Below, piece after piece: positions 35,051-43,120 of a stretch of DNA of 64,000 bases (positions are counted from its first letter, which is position 1; each line of letters starts with the position of its first letter). A program made the translations under genes and the position numbers. Under the pieces are notes generated by a model, which saw only the letters and a program-made list of their open reading frames with translations, did not search any database and was not told the origin of the DNA. The DNA comes from a virus (lineage: Duplodnaviria; Caudoviricetes): positions 21,086-85,085 of the IMG/VR virus record IMGVR_UViG_3300014039_000024; one strand, 5' to 3'.

Positions 35051-35160
35051 TAAAACCGAACATTTGTTCGCGTTTATTTCTCCCCCTTTCCAATGGCTTT
35101 GGCAGTTGAGCCTATCAACTGCCACCCTTTCCAAAAATTATTTTTAAGGAGAATAGAAAA

Positions 35161-35340
35161 ATGGAAAATAAGGAAATGCTTAGCGAAGTGGTTGAAAAGG
35201 TCTGTGCGATGGCTCGTTATGGTATTCAGAAGCGTTTCGCTCCCGATGAAGCAGGGGCAAAGGAAATGATTGAGCGTGTTTCGCTCATTGAGGATAAGCT
35301 CGTTCCTATTCTCATCGACCTTGAAGCTGTAGAAAGTTGA
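35161..35340 (+). CDS. Hypothetical protein, 59 aa
   Basis: AAGGAG RBS, TGA stop, terminator follows. Confidence 0.6.
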   Translation: MENKEMLSEVVEKVCAMARYGIQKRFAPDEAGAKEMIERVSLIEDKLVPILIDLEAVES

Positions 35341-35387
35341 ATGAAAAATCACCCAATTTGGGTGATTTTTTTTGTTTAATTTCACTA

Positions 35388-35457
35388 TTGACAAAGTTCC
35401 TTAAATGTGATAAAATCGCCGCGCGCGAACGGCTGTGGCGCGCCGAGTTTTTGTCAA
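35388..35457. promoter_or_regulatory. Module E4: forward promoter plus 27-nt hairpin (one mismatch), orphan reverse -35
   Basis: TTGACA 35388, 17 nt, TAAAAT 35411; hairpin 35419-35445 then AGTTT; TGTCAA at 35452 without a matching -10. Confidence 0.75.
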
Positions 35458-35564
35458 GATGTAAGTTCAACAAATTTTTGTACGATTTTTTGGTTATTCT
35501 GCCAATAGACAAAATTCCCAAAATCTGGTAATATAGTATCATAAAAGGAAAGGGAGAAATCAAA

Positions 35565-36002
35565 ATGAAAAAGTACAGTGTTTATAAGTATAATAACCGC
35601 ACATTCCGCGTTTATGTGTCAGAGTGTGGATATGGCTTGGTTGATGTGGTCGTGCGCGAGGTCGTACACCCTGAGCGCAAGTTTTTCAAAACGAGATATT
35701 TCTATCAGAATATCTACTGCACCGAAGATTTTGAAGAAATCAGCGATATTGAGCGGTCTGCCATAGCATGTGGTTTTGCTTTGGAAGAACAGCATCAGGC
35801 TTATGAAGCTAAAATGGAAAAGGTGGTGTCAAGAATGATGTATGAAGAAGTTAATACCTATATACTCGAAGATTGGCTGAGCGCATGGGTAGAAACGTTC
35901 AATGATTGCGCGTGTTGTCCCTTGTCCGACCAGTGCGACCGCGAGGGCGGGATTGATAGTATAGTATGTGCAGATAGATTATTAGAGAAATTAAAAGAGT
36001 AA
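35565..36002 (+). CDS. Hypothetical protein with C-terminal Cys cluster, 145 aa
   Basis: TAGACA promoter, AAAGGGAG RBS. Confidence 0.7.
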   Translation: MKKYSVYKYNNRTFRVYVSECGYGLVDVVVREVVHPERKFFKTRYFYQNIYCTEDFEEISDIERSAIACGFALEEQHQAYEAKMEKVVSRMMYEEVNTYILEDWLSAWVETFNDCACCPLSDQCDREGGIDSIVCADRLLEKLKE

Positions 36003-36075
36003 ATTAAAAATTTCTTATTGACAATAATATTATAATATGATATTATTACAATAGAAAAAGGAAAGGGTGATATCT

Positions 36076-36549
36076 ATGAATACAATTCTTTTATTCGCGG
36101 GATGCACCGCAGTTAATGTGATTCTATCAACCATTAAAAGCATCGTAACTGTCAAGGGCGGAAAGTTTATTGCATCTCTGATGAACGCTTTGACTTATGG
36201 ATTTTATTCCTATGTCATTATTTTAACTTCCGCAGATGGTATGAGCGTTTGGGCAAAAATGGGCATTACTGCCGTCTGTAATTTCGTGGGCGTTTACCTT
36301 GTCAAGTGGATTGAGGAAAAAGCCCGCAAGGATAGGCTGTGGGAGATTCGAGCGACCATTCCCGCAAACAATACACAGGAAGTTCATTCTGCATTGAAGG
36401 ACGTTCCACACAATTATATTCTTAATGTGGGCAAGTATACTGTATTTAATATTTACTGTGCCACACAAAAAGAAAGTGCTATGGTCAAGCCGGTCTTAAA
36501 TCAATATGGGGCAAAGTATTTTGTTTCCGAAAGTAAAAATCTTGATTAA
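36076..36549 (+). CDS. DUF5698/DUF2179-like (UPF0316) membrane protein, 157 aa
   Basis: Three TM helices (NVILSTIKSI...YGFYSYVII...NFVGVYL) plus a small C-terminal alpha/beta domain. Confidence 0.6.
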   Translation: MNTILLFAGCTAVNVILSTIKSIVTVKGGKFIASLMNALTYGFYSYVIILTSADGMSVWAKMGITAVCNFVGVYLVKWIEEKARKDRLWEIRATIPANNTQEVHSALKDVPHNYILNVGKYTVFNIYCATQKESAMVKPVLNQYGAKYFVSESKNLD

Positions 36550-36563
36550 GGGGAGAAATTAAA

Positions 36564-37016
36564 ATGAAAGCTACTGGTATTATTCGCAGAATTGATGACC
36601 TTGGACGTGTAGTTATTCCGAAAGAAATTCGACGCACTCTTAAAATTCGCGAGGGAGACCCACTTGAAATTTTCTTGGGAGAGCAGAATACAATCTGTTT
36701 CAAGAAGTATTGTGTCCTCGGTAAGATGGATGATGAAGTCCTGCGAGTAGCGGTTGAGATGGCAAGAAAGTCAAATCTTGCACCTATTGCAATTTATGAC
36801 CGCGGAGAAAAGTTGAAAGGAATGGAGAACTTCCCATCTTACGTCCCCGACGAATGGAGAAATTATTCTGAACCTTTTCTTTATAATGCCACTTATGGTG
36901 TTTACCCCATCATTACGAACGGTGATTTTGAGGGCTATGTTGTTTGTGACCACAGTAGTATTAGCGTTGAAATGGGAATGATTGCTCGCTATCTGAGTGT
37001 TGCAATTGAGGAATAA
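36564..37016 (+). CDS. spoVT: SpoVT/AbrB-family transcription regulator, 150 aa
   Basis: N-terminus MKATGIIRRIDDLGRVVIPKEIRRTLKIREGDPLEIF is nearly the SpoVT consensus; shortened C-terminal domain. Confidence 0.8.
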   Translation: MKATGIIRRIDDLGRVVIPKEIRRTLKIREGDPLEIFLGEQNTICFKKYCVLGKMDDEVLRVAVEMARKSNLAPIAIYDRGEKLKGMENFPSYVPDEWRNYSEPFLYNATYGVYPIITNGDFEGYVVCDHSSISVEMGMIARYLSVAIEE

Positions 37017-37018
37017 CT

Positions 37019-37204
37019 ATGAGAGTTGAAAAGAAATATCAGGTTGACTATAACGGGACGAACCCTTGGGGTCAAAGTTATGATAATCGAATGCTTTTTG
37101 ATTCCGAGGAAGAAGCAGATGTTTTTATCGAAAAGCTGAAACAGGATGAAAATATCTATCAGGCATTCAAAACTGTTACAACCTGTTTCTATCACTTACA
37201 TTAA
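37019..37204 (+). CDS. Hypothetical protein, 61 aa
   Basis: GAGG RBS; terminator follows. Confidence 0.6.
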   Translation: MRVEKKYQVDYNGTNPWGQSYDNRMLFDSEEEADVFIEKLKQDENIYQAFKTVTTCFYHLH

Positions 37205-37209
37205 AAATA

Positions 37210-37243
37210 TTTTGAGACGAGATAACCAAATCTCGTCTCAAAA
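37210..37243 (+). terminator. Terminator-like hairpin with AACCAA loop
   Basis: TTTTGAGACGAGAT-AACCAA-ATCTCGTCTCAAAA. Confidence 0.75.
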
Positions 37244-37261
37244 TTTTATCTATTTTACCTA

Positions 37262-37355
37262 TTGACAAATAGGCTCAGGTATGATAAAATGGCCGGCCGT
37301 TTGCGTCTGCCACGGCCGGAATTTCAATTATACCACCATCCCAACAATTTGTCAA
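37262..37355. promoter_or_regulatory. Module E5: convergent promoters flanking a 27-nt hairpin
   Basis: Plus: TTGACA 37262, 17 nt, TAAAAT 37285. Hairpin CCGGCCGT-N11-ACGGCCGG at 37293-37319. Minus: TTGACA 37355, 17 nt, TATAAT 37332. Confidence 0.85.
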
Positions 37356-37474
37356 TAGACAATTTGAATAAAAATCTCGCACTTAAATTTCCCGATTTTG
37401 TGCATTTTGCCAATAGACAAATCAATACTGACCTGTTATACTATAGATACAGTAAAGGAAAGGGGAACAACAAA

Positions 37475-37972
37475 ATGAAAATTATTTACATCAAGTCTCA
37501 CGTGCGGATTCGCCGGTCTATCAATTTGGATATGGACGGCACTATTGCTGACCTTTACGGCGTTAAGGACTGGCTTCCGCTTCTCCGTTCGGAAAATCCT
37601 AGGCCTTACCGAATGGCAATCCCTATGTGCGACATGACCGCGTTGAATGAAGTGTGCGAACTTCTCCGTGCGGACGGCTGGGAAATCAATATCATTACTT
37701 GGCTTTCTAAGGATTCGAGCGAGGAATACAAAGATGCCGTTCGTAAAGCAAAGCGCGCTTGGTTGAAAGAGCAGGGTTTCCACTACGACCATTTTCACGG
37801 CATTCAGTATGGCGCGACCAAAGCCGACAGTGTGCGCGACCGTTATGATTTTTCTATCCTTGTTGATGATAACAAAAAAGTCCGTGATGGTTGGCACATT
37901 GGTTCAACTATTGACCCAACCGCTGAAAATTTGGTTGAAGCGCTGAAAGAAATTTTGGAGAAAGGGGCTTGA
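37475..37972 (+). CDS. HAD-family 5'(3')-deoxyribonucleotidase (NT5C-like), 165 aa
   Basis: DMDGTIADL HAD motif I, IITW motif II, LVDD motif IV. Confidence 0.75.
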   Translation: MKIIYIKSHVRIRRSINLDMDGTIADLYGVKDWLPLLRSENPRPYRMAIPMCDMTALNEVCELLRADGWEINIITWLSKDSSEEYKDAVRKAKRAWLKEQGFHYDHFHGIQYGATKADSVRDRYDFSILVDDNKKVRDGWHIGSTIDPTAENLVEALKEILEKGA

Positions 37973-38024
37973 CAAGCCCCGCTCCATGTGTTATAATCAA
38001 TGTATCAAATGAAAGGGTGATAAA

Positions 38025-38168
38025 ATGATGCCTTACTTTTGGCTTACTCTTGGTGTTCTCGCAAAAGTGACTGGACAGACTGAGGGCGGTAACTATTACT
38101 ATGAAACCGTTGTCTCCAAAGAAATTGGACTCGTAACCGCAGAATGGGTTCATAGCCATTTGATGTGA
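38025..38168 (+). CDS. Small hypothetical protein, 47 aa
   Basis: Own promoter, AAAGGGTG RBS. Confidence 0.5.
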   Translation: MMPYFWLTLGVLAKVTGQTEGGNYYYETVVSKEIGLVTAEWVHSHLM

Positions 38169-38177
38169 GGTAAAAAA

Positions 38178-38492
38178 ATGTTGTACTTAATGATGGATGA
38201 TTTAGCCAACAGTCATTTGGTAAAAGTTGGTTATTCCGATGGCACTAAAAATCTCGCAAAGCGTCGCAAAAGCTATTATAGCCATAATCCAAAAGCAATA
38301 ATGCGTAGTACCTGTGCGGGCAGTCGAGACATGGAAAATACTTGTCATCAGACTTTAAGTGAGTTAGGTATCCGCATTAGTGGTACAGAATGGTTTGAAG
38401 TGCCAGCGGATTTGTTTGATTCTCTTTACTATAAAGGAATGGCATTTTTTAGACCAAATCATAAGCCGATTCATTTCTTAGAAGAATTTTGA
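38178..38492 (+). CDS. GIY-YIG-like nuclease (T5orf172/Mug113 type), 104 aa
   Basis: LYLM...VKVGYS...R...ME...H.....GTEWF pattern. Confidence 0.65.
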   Translation: MLYLMMDDLANSHLVKVGYSDGTKNLAKRRKSYYSHNPKAIMRSTCAGSRDMENTCHQTLSELGIRISGTEWFEVPADLFDSLYYKGMAFFRPNHKPIHFLEEF

Positions 38493-38506
38493 AAAGGGGA
38501 AAAATT

Positions 38507-38761
38507 ATGAAAGTAAATTTTGGCGACAAAGGCAAGCTCCAAATTATGAATATTTTGTGCGGTGGCACGTTCACCACGCAAAGGAGCGAGGGCGGAACGG
38601 GAATGTATCTCAAAGTTGATGGCAACAACAAAGCTCCGTTTATTAAATCAAGGGGTTGGCAATTTTGTTATGCAGTCAATCTTGAAACGGGTCAGATTCG
38701 AGAATTTTCTCGTGAACAGTTGGTTACCCCTGTTAAAACCGAAGTCAATGTAATTGACTAA
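38507..38761 (+). CDS. Hypothetical protein, 84 aa
   Basis: AAGGGG RBS; terminator follows. Confidence 0.65.
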   Translation: MKVNFGDKGKLQIMNILCGGTFTTQRSEGGTGMYLKVDGNNKAPFIKSRGWQFCYAVNLETGQIREFSREQLVTPVKTEVNVID

Positions 38762-38816
38762 TTTCAAAATGAAAATCTCCCCAAAAATGGGGAGATTTTT
38801 TTGTTTATTTTGACTA

Positions 38817-38912
38817 TTGACACCGACCGGGGAATGTGATAAAATTGGCCGGTCGCCCACGCACGTTGCGACCGGAATTTACCATTATACACCCTGCCAG
38901 CATTTTTGTCAA
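38817..38912. promoter_or_regulatory. Module E6: convergent promoters flanking a 27-nt hairpin
   Basis: Plus: TTGACA 38817, 17 nt, TAAAAT 38840. Hairpin CCGGTCGC-N11-GCGACCGG at 38849-38875. Minus: TTGACA 38912, 17 nt, TATAAT 38889. Confidence 0.85.
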
Positions 38913-39004
38913 GAGAAATTTTGCACAAATTTGATTATTTTCAGATCCCGAAACTTGTGCAATTTGTCAATAGACAAATCAATACTGACCTGCTATAATA
39001 CATA

Positions 39005-39110
39005 ATGTCAGGAGGAAAGAGTAAGACCTGCGGAAAGGCGGTTCACCTGACCATTGTACCAGAAGTCGGTGCGAAAGTCTCAAGCGTGGCGTGCCGAACA
39101 AACTTTCAAA
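39005..39110 (+). ncRNA. Candidate structured small RNA
   Basis: TAGACA-17-TATAAT promoter (38971-38999); no RBS-supported ORF; stem TCGGTGC/GTGCCGA with G-U pairs and a GCGAAAGT motif. Confidence 0.4.
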
Positions 39111-39315
39111 AAAGTTTGAAAAACCCCTTGACAAATCGCTCATCCTATGGTACAATGAATACATCAAATGAGAGAGGTATAAACAAGATGACTATTGAAG
39201 CTCGTCCACCGCCTAAAAAAATTCGCAAAAACCTATTGACAAACCCGCAAATCTATGATACAATAACTACATCAAAGACAAGGACAGTCTAAAATACCAG
39301 AAAGGAATTGATACT

Positions 39316-39690
39316 ATGTCTACTTCTACTGTTAAGAAGCTCACCAAGCGCGACCGTTTCGAGGCTCTTCTCAAGATGACCGAGGTTCAGGCAAACCCTG
39401 ATATGGTTGAGTTCATCAACCATGAGATTGAGCTTCTCGCCAAGAAGAACGCGGGCGATAAGAAGCCCACAGCCAAGCAGATGGAGAATGACGCGGTGAA
39501 GCAGGTCATTCTGGACGCCATGACCGAGAACGCGGGTAAGCTGTTCACTGTGACTGACCTGATTAAGAGCGTCCCCGAACTGGGGGATTACTCCAATCAG
39601 CGTGTTTCCGCTCTTCTGCGCCAGATGATTGAAGCGGGTGCTGTCGTTAAGACGGTCGATAAGCGCAAGTCTTATTTCTCCCTTGCGTAA
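39316..39690 (+). CDS. Winged-helix DNA-binding protein, paralogue A, 124 aa
   Basis: Own promoter; C-terminal FTVTDLI...SNQRVSALLRQMIEAGAVVKTVDKRKSYFSL; high-expression codons. Confidence 0.7.
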   Translation: MSTSTVKKLTKRDRFEALLKMTEVQANPDMVEFINHEIELLAKKNAGDKKPTAKQMENDAVKQVILDAMTENAGKLFTVTDLIKSVPELGDYSNQRVSALLRQMIEAGAVVKTVDKRKSYFSLA

Positions 39691-39833
39691 AGGGCAAGGG
39701 ACAGGGGATAAAAAAATCCCCTGTCCCGCATAAAAAAGTCTTGACAAATCCAAAAGTAAGCGTTATAATACTTATAGAGGTTGAGAGAACGATGGTAAAC
39801 CTCAATCGAATTTTATGAATGGAGACATACAAC

Positions 39834-40610
39834 ATGAGCATTGATAAGCGCAGAAACTACGGTATCATGTTAGATACTGAAACCGCGAACACTATCCAGC
39901 AGGGCGATAAACTGGATATGTCGAACGTCTTGCCGTATGATTTTGGATGGGCGGTCATTGATTCCAAGGGCAACGTCTATGAAACTTATTCCTTTGTGAA
40001 TCGCGACATTTTCTGCTATGAGCGCGACCTGATGCAGTCCGCCTATTACGCCGACAAGATTCCCCGCTATATCGAGGACATTGCGAACGGCACCCGAATC
40101 ATGGCAGACCTATTTGAAATTCGACAGGCTTTCTGCGACTGCGTGGAACGCTATAATTGTTCTTTTGTGTGTGCTCACAACATGAGATTTGACCTTAATG
40201 CTTGCAACAATGCTCAGCGTTGGGACACGAAAAGCAAGTATCGCTATTTCTTCCCTTACGGGCTTGAAGTGTGGGACACTCTGAAAATGGCGCGACAGAT
40301 TATCGGCAAGATGCCTACTTACCGCGATTATTGCGAACAAAACGGCTACAAGACTAAAAATGGACAGCTCCGCTTTACCGCAGAAATCCTTTACCGCTTT
40401 ATTAGTGGTGAAGAAGAATTTGATGAATCGCATACGGGACTTGAAGATGTTCTGATTGAAGTTGAGATTTTGAAGTATTGTGTTCGTCAGCACAAGGCAA
40501 TGGAAAAGTCTCTTTTCAAGAAACCAGAAACGGAACGCCCGCGCCCTACGGACTTCCAGCGGGAACTCATGCGAAACATTAAGGAAAATCCAATGGTAAA
40601 CATGAGATAA
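39834..40610 (+). CDS. DEDDh 3'-5' exonuclease (DnaQ superfamily), 258 aa
   Basis: LDTET (ExoI), HNMRFD (ExoII), HTGLED (ExoIII). Confidence 0.8.
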   Translation: MSIDKRRNYGIMLDTETANTIQQGDKLDMSNVLPYDFGWAVIDSKGNVYETYSFVNRDIFCYERDLMQSAYYADKIPRYIEDIANGTRIMADLFEIRQAFCDCVERYNCSFVCAHNMRFDLNACNNAQRWDTKSKYRYFFPYGLEVWDTLKMARQIIGKMPTYRDYCEQNGYKTKNGQLRFTAEILYRFISGEEEFDESHTGLEDVLIEVEILKYCVRQHKAMEKSLFKKPETERPRPTDFQRELMRNIKENPMVNMR

Positions 40611-40688
40611 AAAAAATAGGGAACAGGGCTTGACAAGTCCTGTTCCCTGTGATATAATAAGTACATCCAAAAGAAAGAGGTGTTTCCT

Positions 40689-40967
40689 ATGAACGCAAAA
40701 CAAGTCCTTTTTGTAGACCCTAATGAGAATGACCCGCACATGGGTATTCTGATTGACCATGATTACATCATCTGCGCGGAATGCGGTGGCGTTTTTGAAG
40801 CTGATGAAGTGCTCATCATTAAGACTTATGACTTTTGGGTCAACTTTGAAAATGAAATCGCGGACGAGCTTGACCTACTGACTGCTCAAACCATTGCAAA
40901 AGAATTGAATATCGCGGGCAAGTCAGGGCGCGATATTTGGGCAGAAAAAATTAAAGAAGAATTCTGA
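40689..40967 (+). CDS. Hypothetical protein, 92 aa
   Basis: Own promoter, GAGGTG RBS. Confidence 0.65.
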   Translation: MNAKQVLFVDPNENDPHMGILIDHDYIICAECGGVFEADEVLIIKTYDFWVNFENEIADELDLLTAQTIAKELNIAGKSGRDIWAEKIKEEF

Positions 40968-41010
40968 CAAAAGGGAGAGAAATCTCCCTTTTTTTTGTTT
41001 ATTTTGCCTA

Positions 41011-41106
41011 TTGACAAATGCGGATTTCTATGTTAAAATGGGCGGCCCGCGAACGCCCAACGCGGGCCGAATTCACCATTATACCACGCCCCGCCAATTT
41101 TGTCAA
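41011..41106. promoter_or_regulatory. Module E7: convergent promoters flanking a 27-nt hairpin
   Basis: Plus: TTGACA 41011, 17 nt, TAAAAT 41034. Hairpin CGGCCCGCG-N9-CGCGGGCCG at 41043-41069. Minus: TTGACA 41106, 17 nt, TATAAT 41083. Confidence 0.85.
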
Positions 41107-41329
41107 GAGAAAAGTTACATAAAAATGAAAAAAGTTTTTTCCCGTAATTTGGTTATTTTGTCAATTGCAATTCGTGGGCAATCTGTTATAATAGATAATG
41201 TCAAGAGGGAATGACACTGAGGTAAACCACGGCAAGCCTATGTGGGACGGGTTCAAATCCCTTTAAGGACGCTTAAAAAAAGTGAAATTCCCTCTTGACA
41301 AAACCCCGCAAGCGTGCTACAATAGATAA

Positions 41330-41520
41330 TGTCAAGAGGAAGTAGCCCAAGAAATCCGAGGGCGCGCGACTTCGAGAAAGTATAGGAAGTAAACGTAATA
41401 CACCACGTAGTAAAGCCAAACGTTGAACGCGAAAGTGAGTTTGACTTGTCAGTTTGCGGATATGTCCGCAACGTTAAATAAGCAAACAAGACCTTATCCG
41501 TCAGGTCGGGGTTGTAAATC
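41330..41520 (+). ncRNA. Candidate ~190-nt multi-stem ncRNA
   Basis: TTGACA-17-TACAAT promoter (41295-41323), no ORF; hairpins ACTT/AAGT, AAC-GC-GAAA-GT-GTT, GCGGA-TATG-TCCGC and GACCT/AGGTC; long-range AACGTT/AACGTT. Confidence 0.5.
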
Positions 41521-41622
41521 GTGTAAAAAGTTTGCAAAACCTCTTGACAAACTTCTCAAAGTGTGGTACACTTAATACATCAAAAGGGTAGCGACCTACC
41601 GCCAAAGAAAGGAATTGATACT

Positions 41623-42000
41623 ATGTCTACTTCTACTGTTAAGAAGCTCACCAAGCGCGACCGTTTCGAGATGCTCCTGACCATGGATGAGGTCAAAGCT
41701 GACGCCGGCATGGTTGAGTTCATCAACCATGAGATTGACCTGCTCGCTCGCAAGAACGCGTCTGATAAAAAGCCGACCGCGAATCAGGTGGCGAATGACG
41801 GCTACAAGGATATTATCTTTGCTGAGCTGTCCGCGAATCCCGACCGCCTGTACACTGTGACCGAGCTTATCAAGGGCGTTGATGGTCTGGGCGACCTGTC
41901 CAATCAGCGCGTTTCCGCTCTGCTCCGTCAGATGGTGGAAGCCAACGGCGTTGAAAAGGTCGTTGAAAAGCGCAAGTCTTATTTCCGTCTTGCCCACTAA
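41623..42000 (+). CDS. Winged-helix DNA-binding protein, paralogue B, 125 aa
   Basis: RBS and first ~16 codons identical to 39316; same wHTH C-terminus. Confidence 0.7.
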   Translation: MSTSTVKKLTKRDRFEMLLTMDEVKADAGMVEFINHEIDLLARKNASDKKPTANQVANDGYKDIIFAELSANPDRLYTVTELIKGVDGLGDLSNQRVSALLRQMVEANGVEKVVEKRKSYFRLAH

Positions 42001-42100
42001 GAACGTGGGAGTGCCCGAAAAAAATCGGGCACTCCCGCAAATTTCCCCTTGACAACTGCCTTGTGTAGTGCTATAATCATACTTGAAAGGGGGCTATGAA

Positions 42101-42508
42101 ATGCCTAAAATGAGCGAGAAAGACTTTCAGGCAAAGATTGACAATCTAATGAAAAAGTTAGATTGCACTGCCGAGGAAGCAAAAGAAATTCTGATGGACG
42201 ATGATGATATTGACCATGGAATCGCCAAGGACTTTGATTTGTCTGCTGACAAGCTGAAAGAAGCTAACAAGTATTCCAAGACTGGAACGCGCAAAGCGCC
42301 GACCGCTTACAAGTTTGAAAAGCGACAGCGTAAAGAGAACCCCACAAAACGCTCTATTATCGCTGAACTTGCAACTTTTTTGCGGGAAAACAGTGAAAAT
42401 GCGTGCGAAAACGTAGAAATTACGAACGTAGAACGTATGATTGCGTTCAATGTGGGCGAAAATGCCTATGAATTGACGTTAATCCAGAAGCGAAAGCCCA
42501 AAAATTGA
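42101..42508 (+). CDS. Hypothetical protein, 135 aa
   Basis: Own promoter, AAAGGGGG RBS. Confidence 0.7.
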   Translation: MPKMSEKDFQAKIDNLMKKLDCTAEEAKEILMDDDDIDHGIAKDFDLSADKLKEANKYSKTGTRKAPTAYKFEKRQRKENPTKRSIIAELATFLRENSENACENVEITNVERMIAFNVGENAYELTLIQKRKPKN

Positions 42509-42620
42509 TGAAAAATGGTGGAAAACCGCTGAAAAAATGCGGTTTTCCACCAGAAAAAGGCCAAAAATGTTAAAAAATGGTTGAAGAAACGATGGTACAC
42601 TTCAATCAATAGAAAGGAAA

Positions 42621-43037
42621 ATGTTCATGGAAGAAATTGTGATTAAGATGCGTCACTTTAAGAACGGCAGACCGCCTGTTGCTATGGAGTTTATGCCCGA
42701 CTGTGGAGAGAACCTAAAGGGCGTTCAAGCCGTCTACTTTTTCAAGTTTTACAATGATGATGAACTTGAATTTAACAAAGTAGGCACTTCTGGGAAAGAT
42801 GTTGTAGGCCGTTTGCGTGATGAAATCGGCGAGTATGCGAAAAAGTATTCTATTACTCGCGTTGAGATTCACCGCATCCGCTCTTGCGGGGACTACCCCG
42901 CCGAGGGTGCGGAATCCGCTCTTCGTGCGGAACTGATTAGGCGCTATCCCAAGGCGTTCCGAAAGAATGACCGCTTTTTCAACGTGGACATTGACCCCTC
43001 TGTTTTCGATGAAATTGTAAACAATTTCTTTGAATAA
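42621..43037 (+). CDS. GIY-YIG-like nuclease domain protein, 138 aa
   Basis: VYFF...NKVGTS...GRL...AESALR pattern. Confidence 0.55.
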   Translation: MFMEEIVIKMRHFKNGRPPVAMEFMPDCGENLKGVQAVYFFKFYNDDELEFNKVGTSGKDVVGRLRDEIGEYAKKYSITRVEIHRIRSCGDYPAEGAESALRAELIRRYPKAFRKNDRFFNVDIDPSVFDEIVNNFFE

Positions 43038-43120
43038 ATATTCAAATCAGCAGGTTGAACAAAACCTGCTGATTTTTTTTGTGCGTTCTAACGAAAGTGA
43101 AAATTTGTGCATTTTACCTA

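Noticed and set aside
39188-39292. 35-aa ORF MTIEARPPPKK... as a real gene
   Set aside because: It has a promoter and RBS, but reads straight through the next promoter. It shares only its MTIE start with 31332, so it looks like a deletion remnant.
41193-41280. Functional tRNA (e.g. amber suppressor)
   Set aside because: T-loop motif only; no acceptor stem, D arm or anticodon arm can be built. No tRNA gene was found in the window.
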